In this document: one piece after another, positions 51,491-64,000 of the stretch
Position numbering within the stretch: position 1 is the stretch's first letter
How the letters are laid out: each line of letters starts with the position of its first letter
Source of the DNA: Octopus vulgaris
Taxonomy: Eukaryota
NCBI GenBank assembly: GCA_951406725.2
Contig: OX597815.1
Span: 151,404,001 to 151,468,000 of the forward strand
DNA length: 64,000 nucleotides
Reading direction: 5' to 3'
Translations under genes and position numbers: made by a program
Notes under the pieces: generated by a model
Database searches by the model: none
Told to the model about the DNA's origin: nothing
The model's input: only the letters and a program-made list of their open reading frames with translations

Positions 51491-53534
51491 ATTTCTAGGT
51501 GTCGTTTGCTTTAGTTGCCGAAATTAATAAATTATTATAACGGAAATTAAGACAAACAATAAATGGCAGCGATTTTGAAAACTGTTTAACAACACTTTCC
51601 AGTTATTTCGACGAAATATATGCAAGCGTTTCTATACATAAATGTATCCATAATAAATATCACACATGTAACATGTTTATGTGTACTTCTTCTGTAACTC
51701 ATGTCTATTATGTGTGCTACAAATAAATGGATGTCAACAACGGAGCGTCTAAGTGTGACTCGGACTGACAGAAATGTCAGCTAAATCTCCCTCAGATTAC
51801 TCTTTACTATTTTGAAAAAGAAGTATGTGTTGCGTAATATGGTCAAGGAAACATTGTCATTGAAAACAAAACTTTCACGACTGGAATTATAAGTGTTTGA
51901 CCAGTAGTTAACCTGCTGCTAAATAAATGTTCACACCCAAGGATGTCCACAAACTAAATGTTGCATTTTATGTATGTATGTATGTATGTATGTATGTATG
52001 TATGTATGTATGTATGTATGTATGTATGTATGTATGTATCTATCTATCTATCAATATATGCATGTATATATGTGTGCGCATATATATACATACACACACA
52101 TATATATGTTTGTATATGCGCGTGTTCTTGTGTTTGTTTCTCTTCGTTTAAGTTTATGTTGCTGCAACATAGGGGTTTGGCAAACAGAGGAAATCCCCAG
52201 TATGGATTTTATGGATTAAATGTTTTTTGTTTTTTTTAATGAGAAAAAATAAAGTGTAATACGAGGAAATTTGGCTGCCATTTCCAGCAGATCCCTTGTT
52301 GGATCATAACATCCACTTGTCTTTAATATATGTAATCGATATGATTTACAAGCACGATACACATGAACATGTTGCATGTATATGATATTAATTATAGATA
52401 TGTTGATATACAGAAACTCTTGCACATATTTCGTCGAATTCTAAGGAAATGTAAGCAGTTTTCAAAACCGCCGCCATTCATTCCATTGTTATTTTTTTTT
52501 AAATAAATGTTTGTAAACATTTTCCCTTTTAATTATTTAATGATGGTATCTCACAATAATAAAACTAATTGTGTTAGACGGAAAATAAACGGACTTTAGA
52601 AGACAAGTAACGATCGTCTGCTTCAGTCATTTTTTGGCACTGCAGACGACGTGTTTTTTCTTTGTTTTTTTTTTATACATTCACTCCAGGACAGTCCTTA
52701 CTGCGGATGACATTATACATCTGTTTCAGCAATAACATTATGCTACATATAAAGGTAATACTTTGAAGACACTTCTTAAGCAACTACTCATTATATGCCT
52801 GATGTTTTCTGCAGACATAGTCAGTATTTTCGAAGCGTCTGGTGGAATGGTGGGGCGTCTAAATATATGGCAATGTAACCAAGACATGTGTTTAGCTCAT
52901 GCTGATATCGTTCTCAAATTTAACATGTAAGAGTATACACAGCACAACTTGTTGGTATGCAGAATATTACTCCTCTATATATCTCTGTTAATGTGGATCT
53001 AACCAGCCATTCTGGTGTCACATAGTACAGTACCAAGCACTCAGGACTTATTGAAAAGTGTTACACCTACATGTCTCTCAATTTAAGGTGGATCTATTCA
53101 CTGATTCTATTGTCACATTGTACAATATCAGGCACCAAGCATTTCTTAAAAAGTTCGCCTTCCAACTTGCAGGATGTTGCTTGGCTTATTCTTGAGCTGC
53201 TAATACAGGTAATGTGTTTCTGATACTGTTGTTTAAAATATTTTTCTCTGAAGAAGCCATACATCTTAACCTGAAAAAATTAACTGCATTGATCTGAGAT
53301 CTCTTCTACAATTTTCTTTCCGAGAAAGAAGAAAAGTTGTCCAACTTATTATTTCGTGTGTGCTAGTTGATGTTAAGAGATTTTGAGAGATTTAATGTAA
53401 AAATACATGATTTCCTCTGTGGGTAAATTTAGTGTTCCAAATATTGTTGGTGCCAGTGGCGATATGGTGTTCTTAGAATGAAACTTTAGACTGACATATT
53501 TTAAGTTTGTATAAATATTCTTTGGCTACTCCCT

Positions 53535-53775
<241 letters not shown>

Positions 53776-54323
53776 AATACGTGGAATTGAGTGTGTACAT
53801 ACATACATACATACATGTGTGTATGTATGTATGGTCAATAGTCAGAAACGATTATGGAAGGATGTATAAAATATGTACATGTATCGATATATATATATAT
53901 ATATATATATATCCAATGTTTATGTAACTGTTTTTGCTATATATAATTGTGAACATATATACATATATGTCAGTGAGTGTATGTATAACGAGTGTATACA
54001 TAAACACTCACATATATACATACGCGATTGCTTTCTGCTCCTTGCAGAGCTTGACCTCTTGTACCTAAAAAGGCTCTTTCCACACATACCCATTGATTTG
54101 TAGGTATGAACCTGATAAATACGAGTCTTCCCCTACAAAAACGTTAATGTCCGGTCCATTCACCCACTTTTTTTTATTAGTGAGAAGATAAAATAAAGTT
54201 TACATCTATTCAAAATTGTTCTATCTGTGCAAATGGTGTCGTTGAAGTTTGAAATATTTAAAACCATCTTAATTTTTATTTGCCCTCACCTTTTCCTCTG
54301 TCCCCACAAAGACACCTAGAATA

Positions 54324-54491
54324 TATTGGCAGAGGTAAAGAATACGCACACCACCCGTTTTTGGCGTAACAAAAACCCCAACTCTAACCTAACCTTAAAC
54401 CCTAACCCTAAACCCTAACCCTAAGCCCTAACCCTGAACCCTAACCTTAACCCTAAACACCGGGTATGTGTGTTCTTTACCTTCGCCGATA
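54324..54491. mobile_element. TIR-bounded mini-element containing telomere-like (CCCTAA)n
   Basis: 29-bp imperfect inverted ends; (CCCTAA)-like array 54376-54456. Confidence 0.7.
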
Positions 54492-55402
54492 CTCTTTAAG
54501 AGAAACCTAATGTTAGACCCTTATGGGTCCATTACGGGTTCGTTAAAAATTATATGAAATAAATTGGTTATACTTCTGTATTACACGAAATATCTTTATT
54601 CCTTTCATGCAATTCTTAATAACATTTCATGATAAAAAATATAATAATAGGATTTTTTAAAATATTGATTGACGATGAGGGTCCACCCGAATGAAATAGG
54701 AATCAAACGGATCTATAATAAAAATAAAAAAAGAAAAGAAAAAAAGGTCAAGAACCTCTGTGAATCGCCCTGGAAAGCTAAAATCTCGAGATGAGAGAAA
54801 ATGTCACGTAAATTCTGTAAAAGAAATAAAAATAAAGGAATAGTAACTTAGATAAAATGTCTTTATCCGCGTAAAAACATGTAAGGTTAGACAAGGGAAT
54901 GAAATGGGCGAGGTCATTCCCAAAACAGAGAATGACTGGGGTGGAGAAGACGAGGCTTGTATAATACTGTTAACCTGTTATATTTTCTGGGTGTGGCTGA
55001 ATGTGAACAGAAAATTTCAGGATCAATATTTTTTTTCTTGTATGGTCAGAATTTGGACCGTCAACCTGCCAGACTACTTTAATATAATTCGCCTATTATG
55101 ATATAATCATATTTGATCATTTTTGGCATATATATGTTTCATATTTGTTGAACTAAAAGCAGAGCAAAGACTAAATTTGGGTCAGAATTGTGTTTTCCTT
55201 TTTCAGTTTTAGTACCTCTTGTCAGATTTTATCCGGGGATTATATTATAGGTTGGTCAAGGGCGCTGAAAGGATCGAAAAAGTTGCACATTTTATGACTA
55301 ATCGAAGTACTGAAAGAGCGAAGCGCAGGGCTGTCTTAGCAACATTATAGGCACCTGAGCAAATCATTACACTCAACCCACTGACTAGCGAGGTCCCCAG
55401 AA

Positions 55403-55588
55403 TACCTTTTTTTTTTTCTTTTCTACTCTAGGCACAAGGCCCGAAATTTGGGGGGAAGGGGCCAGTAGATTAGAACTACCCTTGTATGCAACTGGTACTT
55501 AAGTTATCGACCCCGAAAGGATGAAAGGCAACGTTGACCTCAGCAGAATTTGAACGTTAGCACCCGGCGTGCTAACGTTTCTGCCAGC
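55403..55588 (-). mobile_element. SINE family B with 16-bp TSD
   Basis: AGCGAGGTCCCCAGAA at 55387-55402 and 55586-55601. Confidence 0.88.
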
Positions 55589-55846
55589 GAGGTCCCCAGA
55601 AAACCTATCAGATGACACTGGCGAAGAAGATACACATTTTTGAGAGGTGGTTTTGGGTGCTTGAAGAAGTGAAGACAGTTAAATTGAAAGTGGAAGTACA
55701 GGCCATTAAAGGTGGCAAGGGACAGAGTATTCGTTGAAGGTTGCTGGCCTAAATATACAAACATAATGTCAGAGAAAATGAGCGGTAGGATTTTCACCAA
55801 ATAATTAAGAATGTTAGATATTTAGAAGAAAACGTGATTATGTGTT

Positions 55847-55877
<31 letters not shown>

Positions 55878-56587
55878 AGAGATGGAAGAGAAAGAGAGAG
55901 AGCGTGTTTATGTGTGTGCTAAGTTCAACAACCTTCTCATAAAATTTGGCATCGATGAAACCTCCGTCGTTACGATGTAAACAAAGAGGAAACCACAACA
56001 CAATCGTCTTTACCTACGAGAAATAACAGCAAATCACTTGATGTTCTTTCAAATAAAAACGACATGCTGAATAATGTATTCCTAGAAATACTATTCCTGA
56101 AAATAAGATTGTACAGTCGTTGTAAGAAAAAACCTTTGATCGTGGGCTCTGTCAATCAACGCCGACCTTTTACCTAAACCGTAACAACAACAACAACAAA
56201 CATCGTTTTAAAAGTGGCTTTTCAAACTTTTTTTGGCGCCATCTTTGTGACATCTTGTCAATGTCTATATGGCTTGATAACGTAAGTTGTGTACACATTA
56301 TTGTTCACACAATTTTATTGATTTATATACCCACTTCCTCACTAAGTAATACTATAGAGCTATAAATAAATCATACACACACTTCTAGGTGCAATTGTTA
56401 TGTCAATACATTCACGTGTATACACACCTACATATTACACACACCCACACACATATATATCGTGAAGTATGTGTGTATATATATATATTTGTATATACAC
56501 ACACATACACTATACACACCTATATATACATACATACACTATATATATATATACACATTATATATCATATATATATACTAACACATA

Positions 56588-56630
<43 letters not shown>

Positions 56631-57928
56631 ACACATATATATATACACACACACTATATTTTCACACACACACACACATATATATAAATACACATGCATG
56701 TTATATATATATATATATGTATGTATATATGATATGCATATATACATATTTAAACACATAGATACACATTATTATAGTATAGATGTATCTGTATATTTAT
56801 GTATGTATGTATGTATGTATGTACGTACGTATGTAATACTAAATTAAAAGAAAAAAAATGGTCACAACTGAAAAACCTTTATTCAAACGTCTGCTTGATC
56901 TGGGTAGAGCTGGAGTTAAACAACAGCATCACTTAGAACTGTAACCACAGCTTTTTATATTCTGAGTTCAAATCTAGACGCAATCAATTTTATCTTCCAA
57001 CCTGCCCGGTTCCATGGAGAGGGAAATAACATAAAGTTCAACGAGTCAAGTGCTGTTGGAGATTTAATATTCATATTATGCACTCTAGAAGTGAATATAG
57101 CAGGGAATCTGTCTCCAATAGGATGTTACGATTGTTATGGAAAACGTCTTAGACATTAGTGACATGAATGAAGTGGAACAATTTAAGGAGGGAACGGTAA
57201 AAAGCTCGTCACTTTCAAGGACAAGGCAACTTGTCTGGGTCGAACACCTGTACAGCGTACAACGGCTTGGCATGAAAATTTGTTTTGGTAAACGGTTGCC
57301 TTGGCAACAAACTCGTTTACACTTGCTACAGTCGTGTTTACTGGCTGCAGGTATTTACTGCGAAACTGATTACATCATGTTATTCAGTTGGGGTTGTTGC
57401 CGTTGTTGTTGCTATTAGCCCTAGGTCAACTGATCGATTACATCTGTGATCTACACCTTTCCAATCTAACGATAATCTTTCGTTATTGGTTGCCATTTAT
57501 TTATTCACTTTTTAGATTGCGTATCTAGGAACGTTTTATTTATTGCATTCTTTCCCTTTTTAAAGATACCTGCACGTAATTTGAGGAATATTTTGCCTGC
57601 TTTTTCTAGCATTTTTAACGACTACTCGATTCAATCTCCAGTATATATGTATATATATATATATGTGTGTGCGTGTGTACATTGATATATTTGCGTGTAT
57701 GTGTGTGTGTGGCGGGGGTCACGCATTATTGTTGCTAAACCTGTAAGTGCGGCAACACGAGTCTCACTGGAGTACATTTAGTTACACGATTATGTTATTG
57801 ACCGCTTCATATATCATGAATAGGTGTAGGTCAGGAGTGTGTCTTGTGTTAGAGGAAACATAAGACGCCAGATTAAAAGTATTGTGCATTAAATGAAAGC
57901 ATACTTACACACATTTTATATCTGCGTG

Positions 57929-57967
<39 letters not shown>

Positions 57968-59053
57968 TGTGTGTGTGTGTGACTGCGTATATTAGAGAGA
58001 GGGTGTGTGTGAGAGAGATGGATGTATAAATAAATCGATGGTCGGATGGATAGACATATAAACAATAAGTGTTAACTGGCTATCTTAAAGGTAGTACTTT
58101 GTTGGTAACAGGCTTTTATATAACCTGTGTATAATTTTACTTGAGAACAAAGGAGAAAATGGTAAAACTGAGAGGGTAAGTGACAGTTGAGAATCACTAA
58201 TGTAGAAAATTCATCACTGACTGGAACAACATAGTTATAATTTCAGGATTCTGTGCCCATCCGTCTTTTCACTTACGTACCTTTTCTTTGCAAAGGCAGT
58301 AGGTAGTGATTTGATCGAGCTTTGGCTGCTATTTCTAGCCAATAAAGGTTCCTTTAGGGATTGTATAACTTCATGTTAGTGCTAATTATATAGAAGTAGG
58401 AATCAAAGCTTAGACCTTTTGGGTCTGTTTGTATATCATGGACTACTTTATCCAATGTGTCCATTATTTTTTTAAGACTATGAGTGTGTGAGTTGATGAA
58501 AATTTGGCTTCAATTTGTATCATTTGAGCGACCACGTAACGGAGTCCTATGTGTTTGTATATGACTTAAATATATTTTGTAATTTATTTAAGCAATTTCT
58601 TTTTTGTATGTTATCCAATAATATTATATTTGTTTTTACAAACGAAGTCCGTTATATTTTTGGAGATATAATAAGAAAAAAGAAAGAAAACATGACCTTA
58701 CACACAAGATTTTTGGAATACCAATAATTGTAATTTTAAATAGAATGTACAATCATATTAAGGAGGGAAATATATATATGTGTGTGTATAGTTAGATTGA
58801 AATATAAGGCATAACTTTTTCAATTACTAATTTTATTATTATAAATAATTCAAACCCAACTTTTATTGTAATTAAACTAAAATCTCTCTTTCACGTACGC
58901 GCGCGCACACATCTTTCTGTTGTTTTTCTGTCATTTAATCTATAAGTTATTAAAGTTGCATGGAATTCCCCTTTGCGATGTCACTGAATTCGTAATATTA
59001 ATTGGTGTGACTCACTTTGTGAAACCATGCACAAACACAAGTAATATAATATG

Positions 59054-59106
<53 letters not shown>

Positions 59107-59156
59107 ATATCTATCTACATACACATATAATATTACATACATACGCACACACACAC

Positions 59157-59189
<33 letters not shown>

Positions 59190-59200
59190 TATACACACAC

Positions 59201-59234
<34 letters not shown>

Positions 59235-59268
59235 TAATAAATAAAATATATGCATACATATATGTACG

Positions 59269-59328
<60 letters not shown>

Positions 59329-59470
59329 TATACACATACAAATATACTCACACACACTTGTTGCTTCTAACAAAATAGTTACAGTTGTTCCGAACTCCAT
59401 TGACCAATCCTTTTTTTCGCCCTCACCACTTTCTCTGTCTATCTATCTATCTGAATGTGTGTGTGTGTGT

Positions 59471-59519
<49 letters not shown>

Positions 59520-60529
59520 TTCTACCTTTCTTTCTCCGCCCGTCTGCTTGTTTGTCTGTCTGTCTTATATATATAATATGAATTGTTGCGTAGGATGTAA
59601 ACACTTGAAATTATAACAGACGAAGACAAGAGCGACAAAACACTTCTGTTATGAAAAACGATAGCTTTAGATTTGGTAAAATTTTGTATGTCTTTGTTTT
59701 ATTTTTCATCATTCTAACAAATCTACATTTATTATTATTATTTTTTGTTTACGGGTAACACACCCCAAAATTGTGTCTGTGTTCCCAAGTTTTGTTTTAA
59801 ACCACAGCACGCAAGCCTCTTTCACACACACACACACACAATCTCTCTCACTTCCTATGTATATACATTTTTCTGTTTTCTTTAAATTTTGATTCTTGAT
59901 AAACTCGTGTTTTTCTTTGTCTTTACCTATAACTTATGAACATAATGTTTCAATATGTATGCCTATGCTTAAACATAGGTAATATACCGGTAGTGTAATG
60001 GATACTTATATCCCTTAGACGGCAATTTTAACTTCTAACTCAACTAACCTTATATATATATGCAAAGATAATCTGGAACTCGACAGAGGAAAGAAAACTC
60101 CGAATGACCCGTCCTTGTTTTCTTTGTATCGTCTATCTGGATGTTTTGCGTTCTTGTCCCATTTTGTATTACATATATATATATATATATGAGCGTCTGC
60201 TAATGTATTACATGTACCAAGTACTCGCGTTGTTGTTTTTTTTTTGTGTGTGTGTATGTTCTTTTTGGGATTTACTGTGTATATTTGATAGGTAAGGTAA
60301 AATCCAAGCTGTCTTCTTGAAACATTTGCTTATTCCAGTATTACAATCCAGTATGAATATCTATCTAACATTTGACATAAATTAGAAAAATGGGCGAAAT
60401 AGAGAACACTGTGTATGCATGTATGTATGTATGTATGTATGTATGTATCTATCTATCTATCTATCTATCTATCTACACACACACTTAACGAGAGTGTGTG
60501 TGAGTCTGTTGTAAAACAATTGTAAAAGC

Positions 60530-60605
60530 CTTTTGTCATTCGACCTGCTTGAAATAGCAACCACGTCTCTCTGAAATCACCCCTCCCTACTTTTAAAAAA
60601 CGCGC
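60530..60605 (-). repeat. Old dispersed repeat fragment (TTTGAGG.GATTTGGCTGCTATTTCTAGCAGGTCG family)
   Basis: Related fragments near 51775, 52260, 57580, 58310, 58495 and 63010. Confidence 0.5.
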
Positions 60606-61329
60606 TAAAGAAAGGTCAGGCGCATTTGACAATCTCATAATCCTCCCAAAGAGGGGTTGCTCCCGTCTTGATTGCCTTTGACCGTAGGTCTGCTCATCCG
60701 GACATAACTGTGGCTGCACATCATTTCAAACTAAGTCATGACATTATTGTCTCCCTTCAGTCCATTCAAAGATGCGTATCTTGGATACTTCATAGGATTG
60801 CAATAAACTGGATCAGAAATTGGAAATAGGAACACTGTTTGGCAATGTCCAATTAGATATATCGAATTAGCACCCCGACCTCCTTTTCTAAAATTTCTTC
60901 GAATTCCCGCGTTTACAGCAATGATGATTAAGATTTAACAAAAGAGAAACAAAAAAAACAAAACATTTTACTTTATCGATCTGGAAGGGATGAAAGGAAA
61001 AGCTGGTTTGAAAGTATAATGTAAAGGGCCGCAACTTAATGCTGCAAAGCAGCTCTAACGATTCTGCTTATCTTTTGTGACCACACTTTCAAACTCCTTA
61101 CATTCCTTTTGACATTGGTTTGTATGCGACAAAATGGTACCAATGTGACAGTCAGTGAGTATTTGGTTACCTGGGATGATAAGGAAATTGTTGAAATATC
61201 AAATAAGCGTTGTTATATCACTTTTACAACAATATACAATATAGGCGTTCTTAAATGAAACAACTTTGAGAACTCTGTACAAAGTGATCAGATTTAGTTT
61301 TGTTTTACGTGACCAAATATTCAGATATT

Positions 61330-61538
61330 CTTTTCTACTCTAGGCACAAGACCCGAAACTTTGGGGGGCCAGTCGGTTAGATCGACTCCAGTACGCAACT
61401 AGTACTTAATTTATCGACCCTGAAAGGATGAACGGCAAAGTTGACCGCGGCGGAATTTGAACTCAGAACGTAAAGACAGACGAAATACTGCTAAGCATTT
61501 CGCCCGGCCTGCTAACGTTTCTGCCAGTTCACCGCCTT
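61330..61538 (-). mobile_element. SINE family B, CpG-rich copy with TSD
   Basis: AAATATTCAGA(T/C)ATT flanks at 61315-61329 and 61542-61556. Confidence 0.9.
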
Positions 61539-63081
61539 ACAAAATATTCAGACATTGAAAGGGACTTTATTTTCCTTTTATTAAAATGGTTCGCGGGCGT
61601 ATAGTGTGTGTGTGTGTGTGTGTGGAAACAGTTCTAGTGAATGTGTTTATGTGGAGAAACACATGCACAAACATACTTTTCCATGACAAATGTTGATTAT
61701 GGGAAGAAGCCTTTCCAAACTACTGGTTTTCTTTACACAGCAAATTTAGTTTTATTTGTTTGAAGTGTACTAAAATTGATTGGAACTGCCGAGCGTAATT
61801 ATGATAAAAGGGCCACTGACCTTTGGGTGTTTGGCTTAAAGCAGTGTTTCTCATGGAGGCGAACCCTTGTCCTCTTCGATAGTGGTGCTATGAGAATTGA
61901 AGGCGGGGAATGGAGCTAATAAATTGCCAATTTTAATAAAATTGAAATAGTTTAAAACTTTTTAGACTTGTCCGATACCACGGCGAAGAAGAACTGTACA
62001 GAGGCAAAGTATTTTGTATCGGTATTTACGAGGGAAGAGAGCAAATAATTTTACAATTATTTTTCTTTTGTGTGTGTGTGTGTGTCTGGGCCTGCTACTT
62101 GTCATTTTTGGGGCCATTGATTTAAAACAAATTGCCGTAAAAATAGTGATAGCGAAACTTCATTTACCGATTTGGTGGATGGGGGGTTACTTATGGACGC
62201 AATGTCTGCTGTTGATAAACAAAATCGGGGTGTGAATGGATGCATGTAAAAAAACATTTTGGCAGTTTTCAAAATATCTCTCAATAATTCATGGGGAAGG
62301 AAAAGGGACCCAAATAATGGGGTGAGTGGAGGTATTAAACAATAGAAATTGTTTGAAAACAAACAAAAAAAAAGGTCCTTTTGAGAATCGTAATTTGTAT
62401 TTTATGAAAAGGTAATCTGAAAAAAATTCTTGGCTGCGCATGTAACGAATCGTGTGTATGTGTTTGTATGTGTATATGTTTGTATATGTGCCTGTTGTCG
62501 GAAGTTAGTGCGCCAAAACCGGTTGAAATATCCCGATGTGTTTTAAGCATCGTAGATTGAGATTCAATAAAATAATAATTAAAAAAAAAAAAAAGAGACA
62601 AAAAAATGCAATGCATCCTCCGTCGGTTTCGATGATGAACATGTAAGTACTTTGTATACGGCTGCATATTCCAGATACATGTAACCTTAATGTTATGTAT
62701 GCCGAATCAGTGGGACATAGTGTATATGAGATAATGCCGGAAATTAGCTTTACACACCCCGTAACTGCAAAACGAACTTTCGAACCTGGATTCGATTGTA
62801 GGTGTGCACGCGCGCGCGTTCACGCATCACATTGTTTATTCAGAAATGTTCAATTATGCGTGTCTTCTCTGTTGCATGATGCGGAAAAGGAGACCGTTTG
62901 TAATATACAATGCACTATTACATACATAAATACATGTGTTTGTGTGTGTATGTGCTTATATATATATATACATATATACTAAGTAATTAAGGGTTTAGCA
63001 ACGATTTGCCTCACCACACACCGAATTTAGAAATAGCAGTCAAAGAGTTTTGGCTATTCTTTCTACTTTTTTTATATATAT

Positions 63082-63165
<84 letters not shown>

Positions 63166-63170
63166 CTCTA

Positions 63171-63241
<71 letters not shown>

Positions 63242-64000
63242 CGGGAAGCTAAGTTTCATTTTGTAGTAGATAAATATTCATACAGAAAAAAGATCCTGGC
63301 ATTGAAATTAAAAATCCGGGGGAATTGTGAACTGTAAGGGATTTTAAGATATGAGCCCCTTCGAATGTTGCGGAATGGAAAATCTCTAGAAGTATTGTTG
63401 GGAATGATTATACAGAAAGAAAATAGAAGGCAAAAATATAAGCTTCTCTTTAAGCTATTGTTTAATGTACAGGTCTTGTGGTATTTGATGGACACACTAA
63501 CCATGGAAAGAAGGGCAATGATGAATCATCTAAAAACCTAGCTTACCGGCTACTTAACTCTAACAAATGCAGACTGCTATTTTGTATTAGTAGCTTCCTC
63601 TCTACTGACTATACATACACACAGACACACAAGCACATAGGCGCGAGCGCACATTTATCTATAGCCACATCTTTACATGGAGTAGTTTTTAAGTAGTTCC
63701 ACAACTTTTACAAATGCTAATTACAGTACACTTACATTGTCTTCCTTTCTTTCTATTTATCTATCTCTGTATGACTTAGTAAAAATATTTTTATGAAATT
63801 AAATTTTCCTTGTAATTAGCCACAAAGCTAGCGAACTGAACCGAATAGTAGTATTACTGGTACTTACTTTGCTAGCCCCCTCCCCTGGAAAGATGGAAGG
63901 CAAAACAGACCCCGGTGGGACTGCTATGCCTGCAGTCCAACACTAATGCTACATTATTCATACTGTAGGTTCTGTTTTGCTTTTTGTGCCTCTGTTATCT

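Overview
AT-rich, microsatellite-dense eukaryotic DNA with no intact protein-coding gene visible. The repeat families suggest a cephalopod (Octopus-like) intronic or intergenic region; this is an inference. Nearly all ORFs in the supplied track are microsatellite or SINE artefacts. The window holds a decayed RTE-clade LINE (endonuclease, RT and a PHD finger after the RT core) with a second deleted copy and many 3'-UTR-only copies. It also holds degraded mariner and Tc1 transposons, R4/Dong-, CR1- and HERO-like LINE fragments, non-autonomous Helitrons, MITEs and at least three tRNA-derived SINE families. The most striking signal is a set of short, mostly unrelated non-coding elements, mostly fold-backs lying next to (AT)n tracts. 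They carry minimal type I hammerhead ribozyme cores (CTGANGA...GAAAC..GTH with a tiny, usually palindromic stem III), the signature of Penelope-like element pseudo-LTRs. A second candidate RNA structure is a tandemly amplified ~60-nt hairpin plus H-type pseudoknot unit in the RTE 3' UTR. All calls were made by eye, so boundaries of decayed repeats are approximate.
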